Assembly (NCBI GenBank): GCA_028023455.1
Contig: JAQFVV010000009.1
Coordinates: forward strand, 5,332,001-5,396,000
Length of the DNA: 64,000 bases
Direction: 5' to 3'
DNA from: Epiperipatus broadwayi
Taxonomy: Eukaryota; Animalia; Onychophora
Part shown: positions 26,364 through 38,699 of the stretch, in pieces
Layout: the number at the start of each line of letters is the position of its first letter
Position numbering within the stretch: position 1 is the stretch's first letter
Position numbers and translations under genes: made by a program
The notes under the pieces: generated by a model
What the model was told of the DNA's origin: nothing
What the model saw: only the letters and a program-made list of their open reading frames with translations
Databases searched by the model: none

Positions 26364-28414
26364 TTTAACGATATATAAATATGCCGTTACATTAATTTAA
26401 AATAAAAATTTTAAATTCGCAAATAAAAATAAGTTCGGAAATAAAAGCTAAAAAAATTAAAGAGTTGTTAAATGTGTATACATATATATATTCGCCTATA
26501 TATATTCGCACAGATGCAAAACTTTAAAAATTATTTCTTTTTTTTTTAATAAATAAAAAAAAGTATTTGAACGTATTTTTTTTTTTTTTATAAAAAAAGT
26601 ACAAGATGTAAAGATAAAATATTTTTGTGAAAAGATGTATATATTTTGTAAATGGAAATGATTGTTTATGAAATATCGAAAAGCAAACTAGCCCTTGGGG
26701 CTCTTATATAATTAAAAAGTCAGAGGAAAGATATAGATAAGAGATTGAAAAGAATTAGCTTGTCCAATATAGAAGCTGCAATAAAGGCCCGGACCATAAT
26801 GAAAAATGAAACAGTGACATCTATTGTTCATTGAGTCCAGAGGATCATGATAAAAGAAAAATGATTCAAATTAAAAGTTTCCCGACAGTTGCAGCTTGAT
26901 TGTTTTCGAGAGGTGTGATAGGACGCACATATCACCCTCTCTCTCTTTATTTAAAAATGAAATGACTAAAATACGAGGAATGAACCAGCTTAAGGCCTCC
27001 TTCAGGAACAACAGACTGGACTTTTCTAACGTAGGAAATAAACGGAATTTTTTTTTACTAAAAGTAATTAAGAACTTTAAAGATTTCGTCAGCTAATCTA
27101 AATTTTAAAAAAGGAACTTTTATCTGACTTATGTTTCAAATTAATTATAAATGTTTAATTTTTACATATTTGTTTGCTAAAAAAAAAAAAAAATCATTTC
27201 CATTTTATTATTTTTTATTTCTAGTAATATTTATGGTTTAAATTTTAAATGCATTAAATTTAAGTTGGGCATAGACGCTTGCATAGATTTGTTCACGTTT
27301 AATTACACTTTTGTTTTCATATATGATTAAAATATATAGACATTCGGTAAATAATGATATCTTACGTTGAATATCTAAAATGTATTTATTCAGATGTCTT
27401 GTTAGTTATTGGTGTCAATGCGGCATCTTATGATGAATGCCATTGGGTTTCTAGTGAATTCCCTCTGCAATTACATCAATAACTTTATATTTTGATAATG
27501 TATGTTTATGTTGAAATGTTTTTGAGTGTGTAATCTGTGTAGTCGATCTATGCTCAACATTAAACAACAAACTTTTATAAAATCCATCTGTGCGAATTTA
27601 TATAAATGTTAAATTTAAGTCGGGTGTGAATGGCTATATAGATTTGTAAAGTTATATTAGGGGAGGGTAATCTTAGGTTATTCGTTCTGTAGTTAAATTA
27701 GGTCAATGGATTGGATATATTGGCATAATTAGTAGATGTATGAGATTCGCTACGGGCAGAATCGCTTTATACGCCGCACATCCCCTGTTTGCCTATGGAA
27801 TGGGATGGTAAGACGGGAACCGCAGTCCCTTCCTATGGAGTTTTTTTTATTGTTCTTTTTGCCATACAGATGTAACATTCCTGTATTGGACAAGAGTCAA
27901 TGTCTTCTCTAACCATGCTATTCAGATGCACATTCCTGGACAGTATGGTATATATTTGTGCTGTCGTATTTTCATGCTACATTGAATACATCAATGTATC
28001 AGATGGATTGATGCCGGTTTGACTGCGAACTTTTGGCCTAAGGTTAAATAAGGGATACAATATTTTCTTTTCAAATACAATCTATATAGTCTATTCATAC
28101 TCGACAATCTTAATAAAAAAAAAATATTAAATTCATTTGTACGGACAATCTTAAAATTTTAAAATAATAAGTTAAATTAAATGTTAATATTAAAATCTAA
28201 AATAATAAATGTTATTCCTCAAATTTAAATGATTATATATGTGCGTAAATAAATATTGTTTGTGTGTTAATTACTGGCAGTAGCTTTTATTTTTTTTATA
28301 TTTAAGATCGTATCTGCCTACTTTATAAATTTTCTAGGTTCAAATACCTAGATGGCGCCCTTGTAGTGCAGATTACGGTAAGATTCAATCTTTACTTTCT
28401 TTTGGATCGTTATA
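26364..28414 (+). repeat. LTR 1 (~2.05 kb)
   Basis: Direct repeat of 28933-31069; termini T(T)TAACG...CGTTATA; followed after 2 nt by a PBS. Confidence 0.85.
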
Positions 28415-28416
28415 AT

Positions 28417-28435
28417 TGGCCACCCAACGTGAGCC
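28417..28435 (+). promoter_or_regulatory. tRNA-Lys(CUU)-type primer-binding site
   Basis: TGGC(C)ACCCAACGTGAGCC versus TGGCGCCCAACGTGGGGC: 15/18 with one inserted base, 2 nt after LTR 1. Confidence 0.7.
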
Positions 28436-28932
28436 GATCTTTAATAAACCACCAGTACCCTGAGAATTATAAAAATGAATCATGCCAGTAACATTTTTTT
28501 TTCTGAAGTAAGTATATTTTTGTATTAACGTAAAGTTATACTTTGAATTTTGTTTTAAAAGTGCTGCCAGTAAGAAAAATTGTGCATATGTAAAAATAAA
28601 TGCGAAGAATAAAACATAATAATTAATATAAATCATAATTTAAAAAAAAAAAGTCTTGTTTAAAATCTAATCATTTAACTTGCCAGAGTTAAAAGTAGAA
28701 GAAAAGAAACTTGGAGGGGGGGGGGGCAGAAATTTAGCTGGTAGTAAGGAATCAACAGTCAACATTTTTTTTATCATTATATTTGTGTGTAATTACTGTT
28801 TTGTCTTATAAAAAAAAGTTTTGTCCTTTTGAAATTTTCATATATAATCAATTTGTGTAACGTAATTACTAACACTAAGTAAATTCTTTTTTTTTTTTTA
28901 ATGTTTTTGCTTTTTGAGGAAGTTTACTGATA

Positions 28933-31069
28933 TGTAACGATATATAAATATGCCATTACATTAATTTAAAATAAAAATTTTAAATTCGCAAATAAAAATA
29001 AGTTCGGAAATAAAAGCTAAAAAAATTAAAAAGTTGTTAAACATGTATACATATATATATTCGCACAGACGCAAAACTTTAAAAATTATTTCTTTTTTTT
29101 TTAATAAATAAAAAAAAGTGTTTGAACGTTTTTTTTTTTTTATATAAAAAAAGTACAAGATGTAAAGATAAAATATTTTTGTAAAAAGATTTATATATTT
29201 TGTAAATGGAAATGATTGTTTATGAATTATCGAAAAGCAACCTAGCCCTTGGGGCTCTTATATAATTAAAAAGTCAGAGGAAAGATATAGATAAGAGAAT
29301 GAAAAGAATTAGCTTGTCCAATATAGAAGCAGCAATAAAGGCCCGGACCATAACGAAAAAATGAAACAGTGACGTCTATTGTTCGTTGAATCCAGAGAAT
29401 CATGATAAAAGGAAAACAATTCAAATTAAAACAGTTTCCAGACAGTTGCAGCTTGATTGTTTTTGAGAGGTGTGATAGGACGCACATATCACCCTCTCTC
29501 TCTTTATTTAAAAATGAAATGACTGAAATACCAGGAATGAACCAGCTAAGGCCTCCTTCAGGAACAACAGACCGGACTTTTCTACTGTAAGATATAAACG
29601 GAAATTTTTTTTACTAAAAGTAATTAAGAACTTTAAAGATTTGATCAGCTAATCTAAATTTTAAAAAAGGAACTTTTATCTGACTTATATTTCAAATTAA
29701 TTATAAATGTTTAATTTTTACATATTTGTTTGCTAAAAAAAAAAAATCATTTCCATTTTATTATTTTTTATTTGTATTAATATTTATTGTTTAAATTTTA
29801 AATGCATTAAATTTAAGTTGGGCATAGATGCTTGCATAGATTCGTTCACGTTTAATTACGTTTTTGTTTTCGTATATGATTAAAATATATAGACATTCGG
29901 TAAATAATGATATCTTATGTTGAATATCTAAAATGTATTTATTCAGATGTCTTGTTAGTTATTGGTGTCAATGCGGCATCTTATGATGAATGCCATTGGG
30001 TTTCTAGTGAATTCCCTCTGCAATTACATCAATAACTTTATATTTTGATCATGTATGTTTATGTTGAAATGTTTTTGAGCGTGTAATCTGTGTAGTCGAT
30101 CTATGCTCAACATTAAACAACAAACTTTTATAATATCCATCTGTGCGAATTTATATAAATGTTAAATTTAAGTCAGGCGTGAATGGCTATATAGATTTGT
30201 AAAGTTATATTAGGGGAGGGTAATCTTAGGTTATTCGTTCCGTAGTTGAATTAGGTCAATGGATTGGATATATTGGTGTAATTAGTAGATATAGTATGAG
30301 ATTCGCTACAGGCAGATTCACTTTATATGCTGCACACTCCGTTTGCCTATAGAATGGGATGGTAAGACGGGAACCGTAGTCCCTTCCTATGGAGTTTTTT
30401 TTATTGTTCTTCTTGCCATACAGATGTAACATTCCTGTATTGGACAAGAGTCAATGTCTTCTCTAACCATGCTATTCAGATGCACATTCCTGGACAGTAT
30501 GGTATATATTTGTGCTGTCGTATTTTCATGCTACATTGAATACATCAATGTATCAGATAGATTGACGCCGGTTTGACTGTGAACTTTTGGCCTAAGGTTA
30601 AATAAGGGATAGAATATTTTCTTTTCAAATACAATCTATATAGTCTATTCATACTCGACAATCTTAATAAAAAAAAAATATTAAATTCATTTGTACGGAC
30701 AATCTTAAAATTTTAAAATAATAATTTAAATTAAATGTTAATATTAAAATCTAAAATAATAAATGTTATTCCTCAAATTTAAATGATTATATATATGCGC
30801 AAATAAATATTGTTTGTGTGTTAATTACTGGCAGTGGCTTTTATTTTTTTATATTTAAGACATGAAATTAAACAAAGTTATATATTATTATCTCTGCATC
30901 TCCACTGAGCTAGTGACTTGGGCTAACGGTCTAAATATAAAATAAAGTGGGATCTTTACATCACGTATCTGCCTATTTTATAAATTTTCTAGGTTAAAAT
31001 GCCTAGATGGCGCCCTTGTAGTCCAGATTATGGTAAGATTCGATCTTCACTTTCTTTTGGACCGTTATA
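28933..31069 (+). repeat. LTR 2 (~2.14 kb), with ~100 bp at ~30860-30963 absent from LTR 1
   Basis: TGTAACG...CGTTATA; colinear with LTR 1 throughout. Confidence 0.85.
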
Positions 31070-33327
31070 ATATATATATATCAAATACCAAAAGGTAACT
31101 AGTTAACATAATTTTGAATATATACACTAAACAAAATTAATTAGGAGTATATTTGATAAAATCTTATGTTAGTTCAGGATATAAAAATTTATAATTAAAA
31201 TACAGTATTATCACCATCAACAACATTAATAACAAAAATATGACAGTAATTTAGCCCATTAAATATATTTAAAATCATACTTTCTAGAAACATTTGAATA
31301 AATATGAAAAAGATAAATAATCCTTAAGAAGCATTTTACAATTAATTAATCAATATGGTCAGTTAGCCCAAATCACAACTTTTTACATTTCATCATTTGT
31401 TAAGTATTTATTAATATCAAAATTACAAGAATACCTATTATTCATCTTTCAAGAGTATTTTCTTATAAACAGCACCTAAAATAAAATAAAATACTTCTAT
31501 TTTAGATTTTATTAAAAATTACATTAAAATGTTAATTAATTATATATTTAATATTTAAAAATTAAATAAAAATTAAATTAAAAGTCACAACAAAATTATT
31601 ATATATAAGCTAAAAGATTTATGAGAACTATCTATTGTAAAGTTTTATTCTACCTCCTTAAACTCTGTAATTGTCATTGAATTAGCAGTGTTTATATCAA
31701 TAACTTCAAATTCAAATTGGAATGGAGTTTAAAGAGCTTTTGTAGGAAATAAAGAAATTTCCAAGAAAGCTATTCAATTAAATTATTCATAGCTATTATT
31801 GCAAGATTAGATAAATATTAATTAACTAACTATAAAAAAATATGACCAAAAAGGAGTAAAGTTACAATTGTTAAGCAACCTGTTGAATAGCCTATGGAAT
31901 CTAAGTATATAGTAAATAAAATAAGAGGCAAATAAAGTTGCATTATATATATATGCTACTTGTAAAAAGATTGTTTGTAGACAAACATTTGTGAGTGCAT
32001 TTATATAGTAAATAATTATTAAATAGTTATACTATAAAAACATTAACAGAAACTTATAGAATTTTTAGTAATTAAACACTTAGATTATATTAGCATTGTA
32101 ATTATTGTCAAAAGATTAAATCTCCAAAATTGATTATATGGGATCAGAAATTTTGCATAAAAACGAAAATAAATCAATAAAAAGACTAATCATCTATTTA
32201 TTAGAAAAATTAGTCTATGACTTATAATTGAAGAAACAAATTTATACTTCTATATGAATAGCATAATATAGAAAATTTAGTATTTCTTATATCGTACTGA
32301 AAATCATTCAAAAAAGCATAAAAATTTATATTAAAAACAAATGACTAGTACCAAACTTTATTTTTAAAAAATATCAATAATCAAACAATTTCATTTTATG
32401 CTGGAGAAGTTAAGAAAATTCCAGAAATACAATTTCATCTGTTTTACTGATTATCAAAAAGCTGGCAGTTAATTGGTATTCTAAATTATGAAATGTTCTT
32501 ATAAAAATTGGATGTTTTAAAATTATTCTATTATTTTTAGAAAAAATGGTTACATAGGATGAAAATCAACAATTAAAAAAATCAATAGCAGATTAGTTTT
32601 ATACTGGTAAAAATGTTAAAGATTAATGTAACTCAGTCTATTTGATATTATCATTGTATTAAAAAATGTTTTATTGCTTGGCAATTCATTAAACGTTTGA
32701 GCACTGGAAGTGACAGATTGAGTCATAATTCATGGATTTTGAACTTTGGAGACTGCCACTCTACTTCTACACCAAACCAGACAGAGGATTCTATCCATCA
32801 AACTTGATAGATAAATACAAATGTAGATTCAAGATTGATGATAGTCTTTGATATGATGTTAATATCAAATTTGTAGTCAAAAATGGAGAACTTATTAAAG
32901 ATGTTAAGAAGATAATAAAAAGATGAAATTATGATAGTAAAGAAGACAAAAACAATGATTACAGACACAACATCTGACTTTAAAATTGATTGGTGAAAAG
33001 ACATCAACAATTTCTGAATATTTGCTTCATTAATCATTAACAAGGAATTTGAAGTAATTCAATGCAGGCCTGCAATAAGGTTCAATGAAAACATCTTTAA
33101 ATGTAGAGAATCATCTTTAAAATTAAATAAATTGTTTTTAATTAAGTTATAATAGTTCTTATGTCTTTAAAATATATGAAAGTTGAGTATTAAAAATATA
33201 CAGAAAGACTTTATTAATTTTAAATTGTGGCAATGATGAGGGTATTTAAAAATATTATGGTCTGCAAAGAAAATGAATGTGGATTGTTTTCAATCCTTCA
33301 TCTCCACTATATTGTAACTATTCCCAG

Positions 33328-33708
33328 TAGAGAAACTCAGATCTTTCCTTCTCATTATGCATATTAGCCAGATATACTAGAGGTGTAGAATCAATTGAAT
33401 TTACATGCCTATGTTGTGAACTCAATATTATTTCATTGCACCAATTTTCATACAGGGCAGGATTGATTTCTATCCACATTAAACAACTTGTGGAAGGATA
33501 AATAATTATTGCATTGCAGATATTTTCAAGTTGTTGTTTTTTTCGTGAATATATTCCTCATCTCATCACTATATTGCAACTATCTACCAATATGGACTAA
33601 CAACATGGGCATTGATATTTTTAGTATTTGATACCTCTATCTCACCTGAAAAGCAAAGATTGGCCATAAAATGCATGCACAGTGAGAGAAGGAAGTCTGA
33701 GTTTTTAC
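33328..33708. repeat. MITE-like segment with imperfect ~35 bp terminal inverted repeats
   Basis: AGAAACTCAGATCTTTCCTTCTCATTATGCAT / ATGCATGCACAGTGAGAGAAGGAAGTCTGAGTTTT. Confidence 0.45.
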
Positions 33709-34630
33709 ATTAGATGAAAATGAATTCTTGATAAGATTATATTTAAACACTTATTCACATATTAATGATCGGGTTAAAATTATTTGTTAGATGTATAATG
33801 TTTGGAAAGATTGTTTGATGGGGAATAAAGGGTAAAATGAAAAAACTACATCACAATAATGAATCTGCTATTGTGAACTTTGAAATACAAAATAGATTAT
33901 TCTGAAGAAATGTTGTTAACAGGTTGCTAAAATTTAATACACACTTAATAGCATATCATAATAATGTTTTAAAGAAAAAAATTATACTACATTAATATAA
34001 TTTGTATTATTCACTCTTCATTTCTTGTTGTCTTTAATCACTTAGATCAGTATAGGGCCTGGATCATCAAAATCTTCCATGCTATCAGTTTCATTCTACA
34101 TTACACATAATTGCAACAATAGAAATGTTTGTGTCAACACATTTCCATTCTTTAATGACATACATAGCATGTTATGTTTCAGTATTTTCTATTTTTTATT
34201 TTTTGCTACTTTATCTTTTTTTATTAAAGGATTTTTAATTATAAAGTTTATTTAATTTTAAAATATATTGTTTTTACCAGGTATAATTTTTTTTCTTTAT
34301 AACTTGTGTCTTTATGAATAATACATACATTTATTTAGTGAAATATTTTTTTTACATAAATACAATACAAATGTTCATTTATAGAAGATTGGTTTTAATT
34401 ATTTTCATTTAAATAAATAAAATATATTTTTTTAAAATAAAAATGTGAAAATGAAATTAAAAAAAAAAACACATTTTAAAAAATTTTGATGTGTATACCA
34501 CCTCCACCCCCATTTACAGAAAATACAATGTTGTAATTAATAATTTGTAAAGCACATACTCATAACCCCAAGACTATGCACCTAAAATGCGACAGTAGGG
34601 ACCTCTACAAATCTAAACACAAGATTAACA

Positions 34631-35008
34631 ACTTAAAAGACAAGAGTGACCACTCTTATCTTAGACCTAATTTTTAAAATATATAGATGAATCTAAAGCA
34701 TTTTGATTTGAGAGCATGAAGCTATTAACTACTTCACTGATTAAGTCCACAATTTCTATACAAACTAACATATGCAAAATCTTTTGATTTACAACGAGTC
34801 ACTATGAAGTTTTTATAATTAGAAATCTTTTAAAACTGACTTGTTGTAAATCGAAAGATTTTGCATATTTTAGTTTGTATAGAAATTGTGGACTTAATCA
34901 GTGAAGTAGTTAATAGCCTCATGCTCTTAAATCAAAATGCTTTAGATTCACCTATATATTTTAAAAATCAGATCTAAGATAAGAGTGGCTGCTCTTGTCT
35001 TTTAAAGT
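34631..35008. repeat. ~380 bp imperfect inverted repeat (arms 34631-34801 / 34837-35008)
   Basis: Arms complementary throughout, e.g. TTCACTGATTAAGTCCACAATTTCTATACAAACT / AGTTTGTATAGAAATTGTGGACTTAATCAGTGAA. Confidence 0.9.
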
Positions 35009-35524
35009 AGAAAATACAATGAAAAAAAAGAAACAACCTTAAAACAATGTATGTGATGGCAAAAAAAGCCACTGCTTCCCTCAATCAAATTATGATATGT
35101 GTTCATTTAATAATATTATACATAAGACAATATCAAAATTTAAATTATTTAAAATAAAGAGACTATTAAAAATATTAATTATAATAAACTGCATTTACTA
35201 ATAAAAAATTAAAACAGCATTAAGATAATGAATAAATATCAGGGCTTCTTAGTGAGATTTGTTATTTTTGGAAAAAAAAATTATAAGCTTAATCCTCGAA
35301 TTTTGCACACTGTCAGAATTTAAACGAATTTAACATAGCTCAAAACTAAAACTTGCTTTATTTATTGTTTTTAATCTAAAAAAATATATATAGTTAATAT
35401 TTGTCTGAAGTTTGTAATGATGGTATATTATAAGATGTGATATATTGGACTACTTCCATCATTTATGAGTGAATGTTGAATGTATAAAAAATTTTAAACT
35501 TTATTTAAACTTTTCAAATACAAA

Positions 35525-35579
35525 CAACTACACAATGTTTCAAGTAGTATTATTCTCCACTCTTCTTCAAATGTTGCTG
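35525..35579 (-). ncRNA. Hammerhead in left inverted repeat (C3>U)
   Basis: Minus: cagcaacat-TTGAAGA-A-GAGTGG agaataata CTACTT-GAAA-CATT-GTGT. Confidence 0.55.
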
Positions 35580-35603
35580 GCCTATATGCACAGTGACAAT
35601 ATT

Positions 35604-35684
35604 GACTTAGAAGTTGAACTCGCACCTTTAGATTCTTGAATATTGAATTTAAGGCAAGTGCTCTACCAACTGAGCTACTCTGTC
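35604..35684 (-). other. tRNA-derived cassette with A and B boxes inside PLE terminal repeat
   Basis: Minus: gacagagTA-GCTC AGTTGGTA GAGC-acttgccttaaattcaatattcaagaatctaaaggtgcGAGTTCAACttctaagtc; D-arm intact, B-box-like motif present, cloverleaf not intact. Confidence 0.75.
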
Positions 35685-35772
35685 AAAGGCAACATATAGT
35701 AAAAATTTGATATATTTATATATGAGGATTGGTTCAAATCCTCCTGAGTCCTTCAATTTTATTTTATTTTTA

Positions 35773-37269
35773 CTCCAGAAGCATCGCAGGCATTTCAGTG
35801 ATTCAGAGAAAAGAAAATTAACTTCATATTTCAGCAAGATTCCTCACCTGTATGGACTGCCTAAAATCCATAAAGACAATGTTCCATTAAGACCTATTGT
35901 TAGTTCTAGAAATTCACCATGTCAAAATATGTCAAGATTTCTTCTCGAAGTTCTTAGTCCATTGACGTATAGGACACAGTCTTTCGTCAGGGATTCTAAG
36001 CACTTTGTAGAATTAATCAGGAACATGAAAATGGAAAGAACTGACATATTGGTAAGCTTTGATGTGGAAAGTCTGTTTACAAATGTACCATGTGATGAGG
36101 CATTGTCTATTGTAAGGAAAAGGTTATATGATGATAATAGTCTACAAACTAGAACAGCTCTACCTATTGATAGTATAATGGAATTATTAACATTCTGTGT
36201 AACAACAACATACTTTCAATATAACTCAGAATTCTTCCAACAAAATCAAGGGATGGCCATGGGATCATCACTGTCACCCTTGCTCAGCAACATTTACATG
36301 GAAGAACTTGAAACCACAGCTATAAATACTACTCCATGTCCACCTAAAGTGTGGCTTCGATATGTTGATGATACATTTGTGGTATGGCCACATGGTGAGG
36401 TAAAATTACAGTCATTCTGGATGCACATTAACAACATATCTCCTACAATTAAATTCATGATGGAATCAGAACAAGAACAAAAATTGGCATTCTTGGATGT
36501 TCTTGTGACAAGACTCCCTCAAGGCAAAGTAAAAACAACAGTGTATAGGAAACCAACTCACACTGGAAAATACTTGGCATATACATCCAATCATACAAGA
36601 AGCACTAAACAAGGAATTGTACTATCACTATGGAACAGAGCAAAGGAGGTTTGTTCAGAAACCAGTGATTTGAAAAAAGAAAAGATTCACACAGAACAAA
36701 TGCTTATGAAGAATGGTTATCCATCAGCAGTCATCAGGAAAACCTTCAATAGACAACATAAAGAGACACCAAAAGAGAAAACAGTTATTGGTACGGTAGT
36801 GTATCCATACATACCAGGAATGGTGGACAAATTAAAGAAAATCTGCAGTCAATATAACATTAGAACTGCTTTCCAAATCCCTACCACACTTTGAGGATTG
36901 CTTACTTCTACTAAGCCTAAACTGGAAATGCTGAAGAACAAAAACTGCATCTATAAAATACCATGTGAATGTGGAAGGAAATACAATGGTGAGACCTGTT
37001 GGCCTGTTGAACAGCGATTGAAGGAGCACAAACTAATGGTTAAAAGAGAAAAAACAGATGTGTCTACTATAGCAGATCATGTATGTTCTAATAATCATAT
37101 GCTTAAGTGGGAAAATACAAAGATATTGGATAAAGAGGAAAAAATGCATAGAAGAAAATTCAAGGAAGCTGCTCATATGACAATGGTAAATAATCCTATA
37201 AGTCAACTCAGTGTGGCAATACACAATGTACGGAAGCCTCTAATTAATCTTGCTCTTAGGAAAAAATAA
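35773..37269 (+). pseudogene. PLE reverse transcriptase-GIY-YIG polyprotein, one frame with a single in-frame TGA (36892-36894)
   Basis: YGLPKIHK, SFDVESLFTNVP, GMAMGSSLSP, RYVDDTF, LAFLDV, YRKPTHTGKYL, then CIYKIPCECGRKYNGET...RKFKEA. The first ~22 aa of track ORF 35707 come from the inverted repeat, not PLE protein. Confidence 0.93.
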
Positions 37270-37362
37270 AAAAATAAAAATAATTAGATTAAAAAAAATT
37301 GAAGGACTCAGGAGGATTTGAACCAACCCTCATATATCAAATTTCTACTATATGTTGCCTTT

Positions 37363-37425
37363 GACAGAATAGCTCAGTTGGTAGAGCATTTGCCTTAAAT
37401 TTAATATTCAAGAAGCTAAAGCAAA
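37363..37425 (+). other. tRNA-derived cassette in right terminal repeat (B box deleted)
   Basis: gacagaaTAGCTCAGTTGGTAGAGCatttgcc...; lacks ~20 nt including GAGTTCAAC that the left copy has. Confidence 0.7.
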
Positions 37426-37447
37426 TATTGTCACAGTGCATATAGTC

Positions 37448-37497
37448 CAGCAACACCTGAAGAAGAGTGGAGAATAATACTACTCGAAATGTTGTAT
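37448..37497 (+). ncRNA. Minimal type I hammerhead in right terminal repeat, intact core
   Basis: cagcaaCAC-CTGAAGA-A-GAGTGG agaataata CTACTC-GAAA-TGTT-GTAT; stem I short. Confidence 0.7.
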
Positions 37498-38699
37498 AAT
37501 TACTAACCTGTACTGTCTATTTGTGTATTATTACTAACAAAGTTGTTTGTATTTGAAAAGTTTAAATAAAGTTTAAAATTTTCTATACATTCAACATTCA
37601 CTCATAAATGAAGGAAATAGTCCAACATATCACATCTTATATAGTTAATAATTTATACAAAATTTGTGCAGCATAAAAATATCCATAGTAATATGAATAA
37701 TCAACTTGATTAATTTCTTTTAAAATGTATTATAAATTATTCAAATTTCATTCACAAATCTATTTACACCTTTTATATTTAATATCAGGTATTTATTTAT
37801 CCATTTTATATGACATTCATTTTATCTTTACTATCATTCACTCTATTTAAAATTTATCTTATATTAGATGAAGAGCATTTATTCATCTTAGATTTAATAT
37901 TTTATTTTATATTCCAAAATTACACTCCATTTTGGAATATTCCTGTAACTTTATTTTTCAAATAATTACTATTTTTTTCATTTAAAAAAAAAAGCATAAT
38001 AAATAATACTTATTATTATTCCTCAACAAAAAATGAATAAACAGAAATGATATATAATTAAATATAAGAGTAAATGTTTAAATAAACATATTTTTCCCCT
38101 TTAAATTAACTGAAATTGTCATATTTCCTTTGATGGTTATAAATTTGAAATTGATAACATTGCATATAGATGGGTAGTAATTTTAATAAAGTAAAACTTC
38201 CAGTAATCAGTATTTTTCTTGTGTGAACTATAGAATAGGAACTTATTTAATCTATTTTAATTTTATTTATTTTTTTGTACTGCTATGATAAAGATGTTTA
38301 TTCTGTATAAAGTTTCTTTTTTTATTTATAATACTGTATTCGTGTCATTTGAAAATGTTATCAATATCAAAATTGGAACATTAAAAACATATTCTTCCCA
38401 AAAGAATTCATCTAATGTAATTGAATAAATATGATGTAGCAATAAAAAAACTATTTTTCTTTGCATTTATAATTCTTGTTGCTGTAAATAGTGATAAAAA
38501 TATCTTTAAAAAAATAATATTACGCAGTTAAAATCCGTGTATGTCAAGCTATTCTTTTAGCTCAGGAGTCAATACTGTATGAAAAAGAAAATAAACTGAA
38601 CAAATTATATCACATACCAAGTTTACTTTAAGGCTGCTTTTGATCTGGTAAATTAAAATTACTTATTTAGCATATTAAGTAAACTTCTGTCAAATGATA

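Larger units (their letters stand above)
26364..31069 (+). mobile_element. Non-autonomous LTR retrotransposon (LTR-PBS-518 bp non-coding-LTR)
   Basis: Paired LTRs, PBS, G-rich purine tract at ~28713-28726, no internal ORF with retroelement motifs; no TSD seen. Confidence 0.7.
35428..37642 (+). mobile_element. Penelope-like element (Penelope/Poseidon-type RT + C-terminal GIY-YIG), 5'-truncated, with ~340 bp inverted terminal repeats
   Basis: 35428-35770 is the reverse complement of ~37290-37642 and flanks the RT-EN frame; this is the known inverted-terminus arrangement of PLE insertions. Confidence 0.95.

Noticed and set aside
26896-29590. Duplicated ORFs 26896-27096 and 29402-29590 as LTR-encoded proteins
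   Set aside because: Short, no recognisable motif, and the frames diverge between the two LTRs.
35604-35684. Functional tRNA gene
   Set aside because: Acceptor, anticodon and T stems are mismatched, and the sequence is part of a PLE terminal repeat. The nominal anticodon would be TAA, so it is not a UGA suppressor for the in-frame stop.
37270-37642. SECIS element supporting selenocysteine at the TGA
   Set aside because: No AUGA/GA kink-turn stem with apical AA could be identified by eye.
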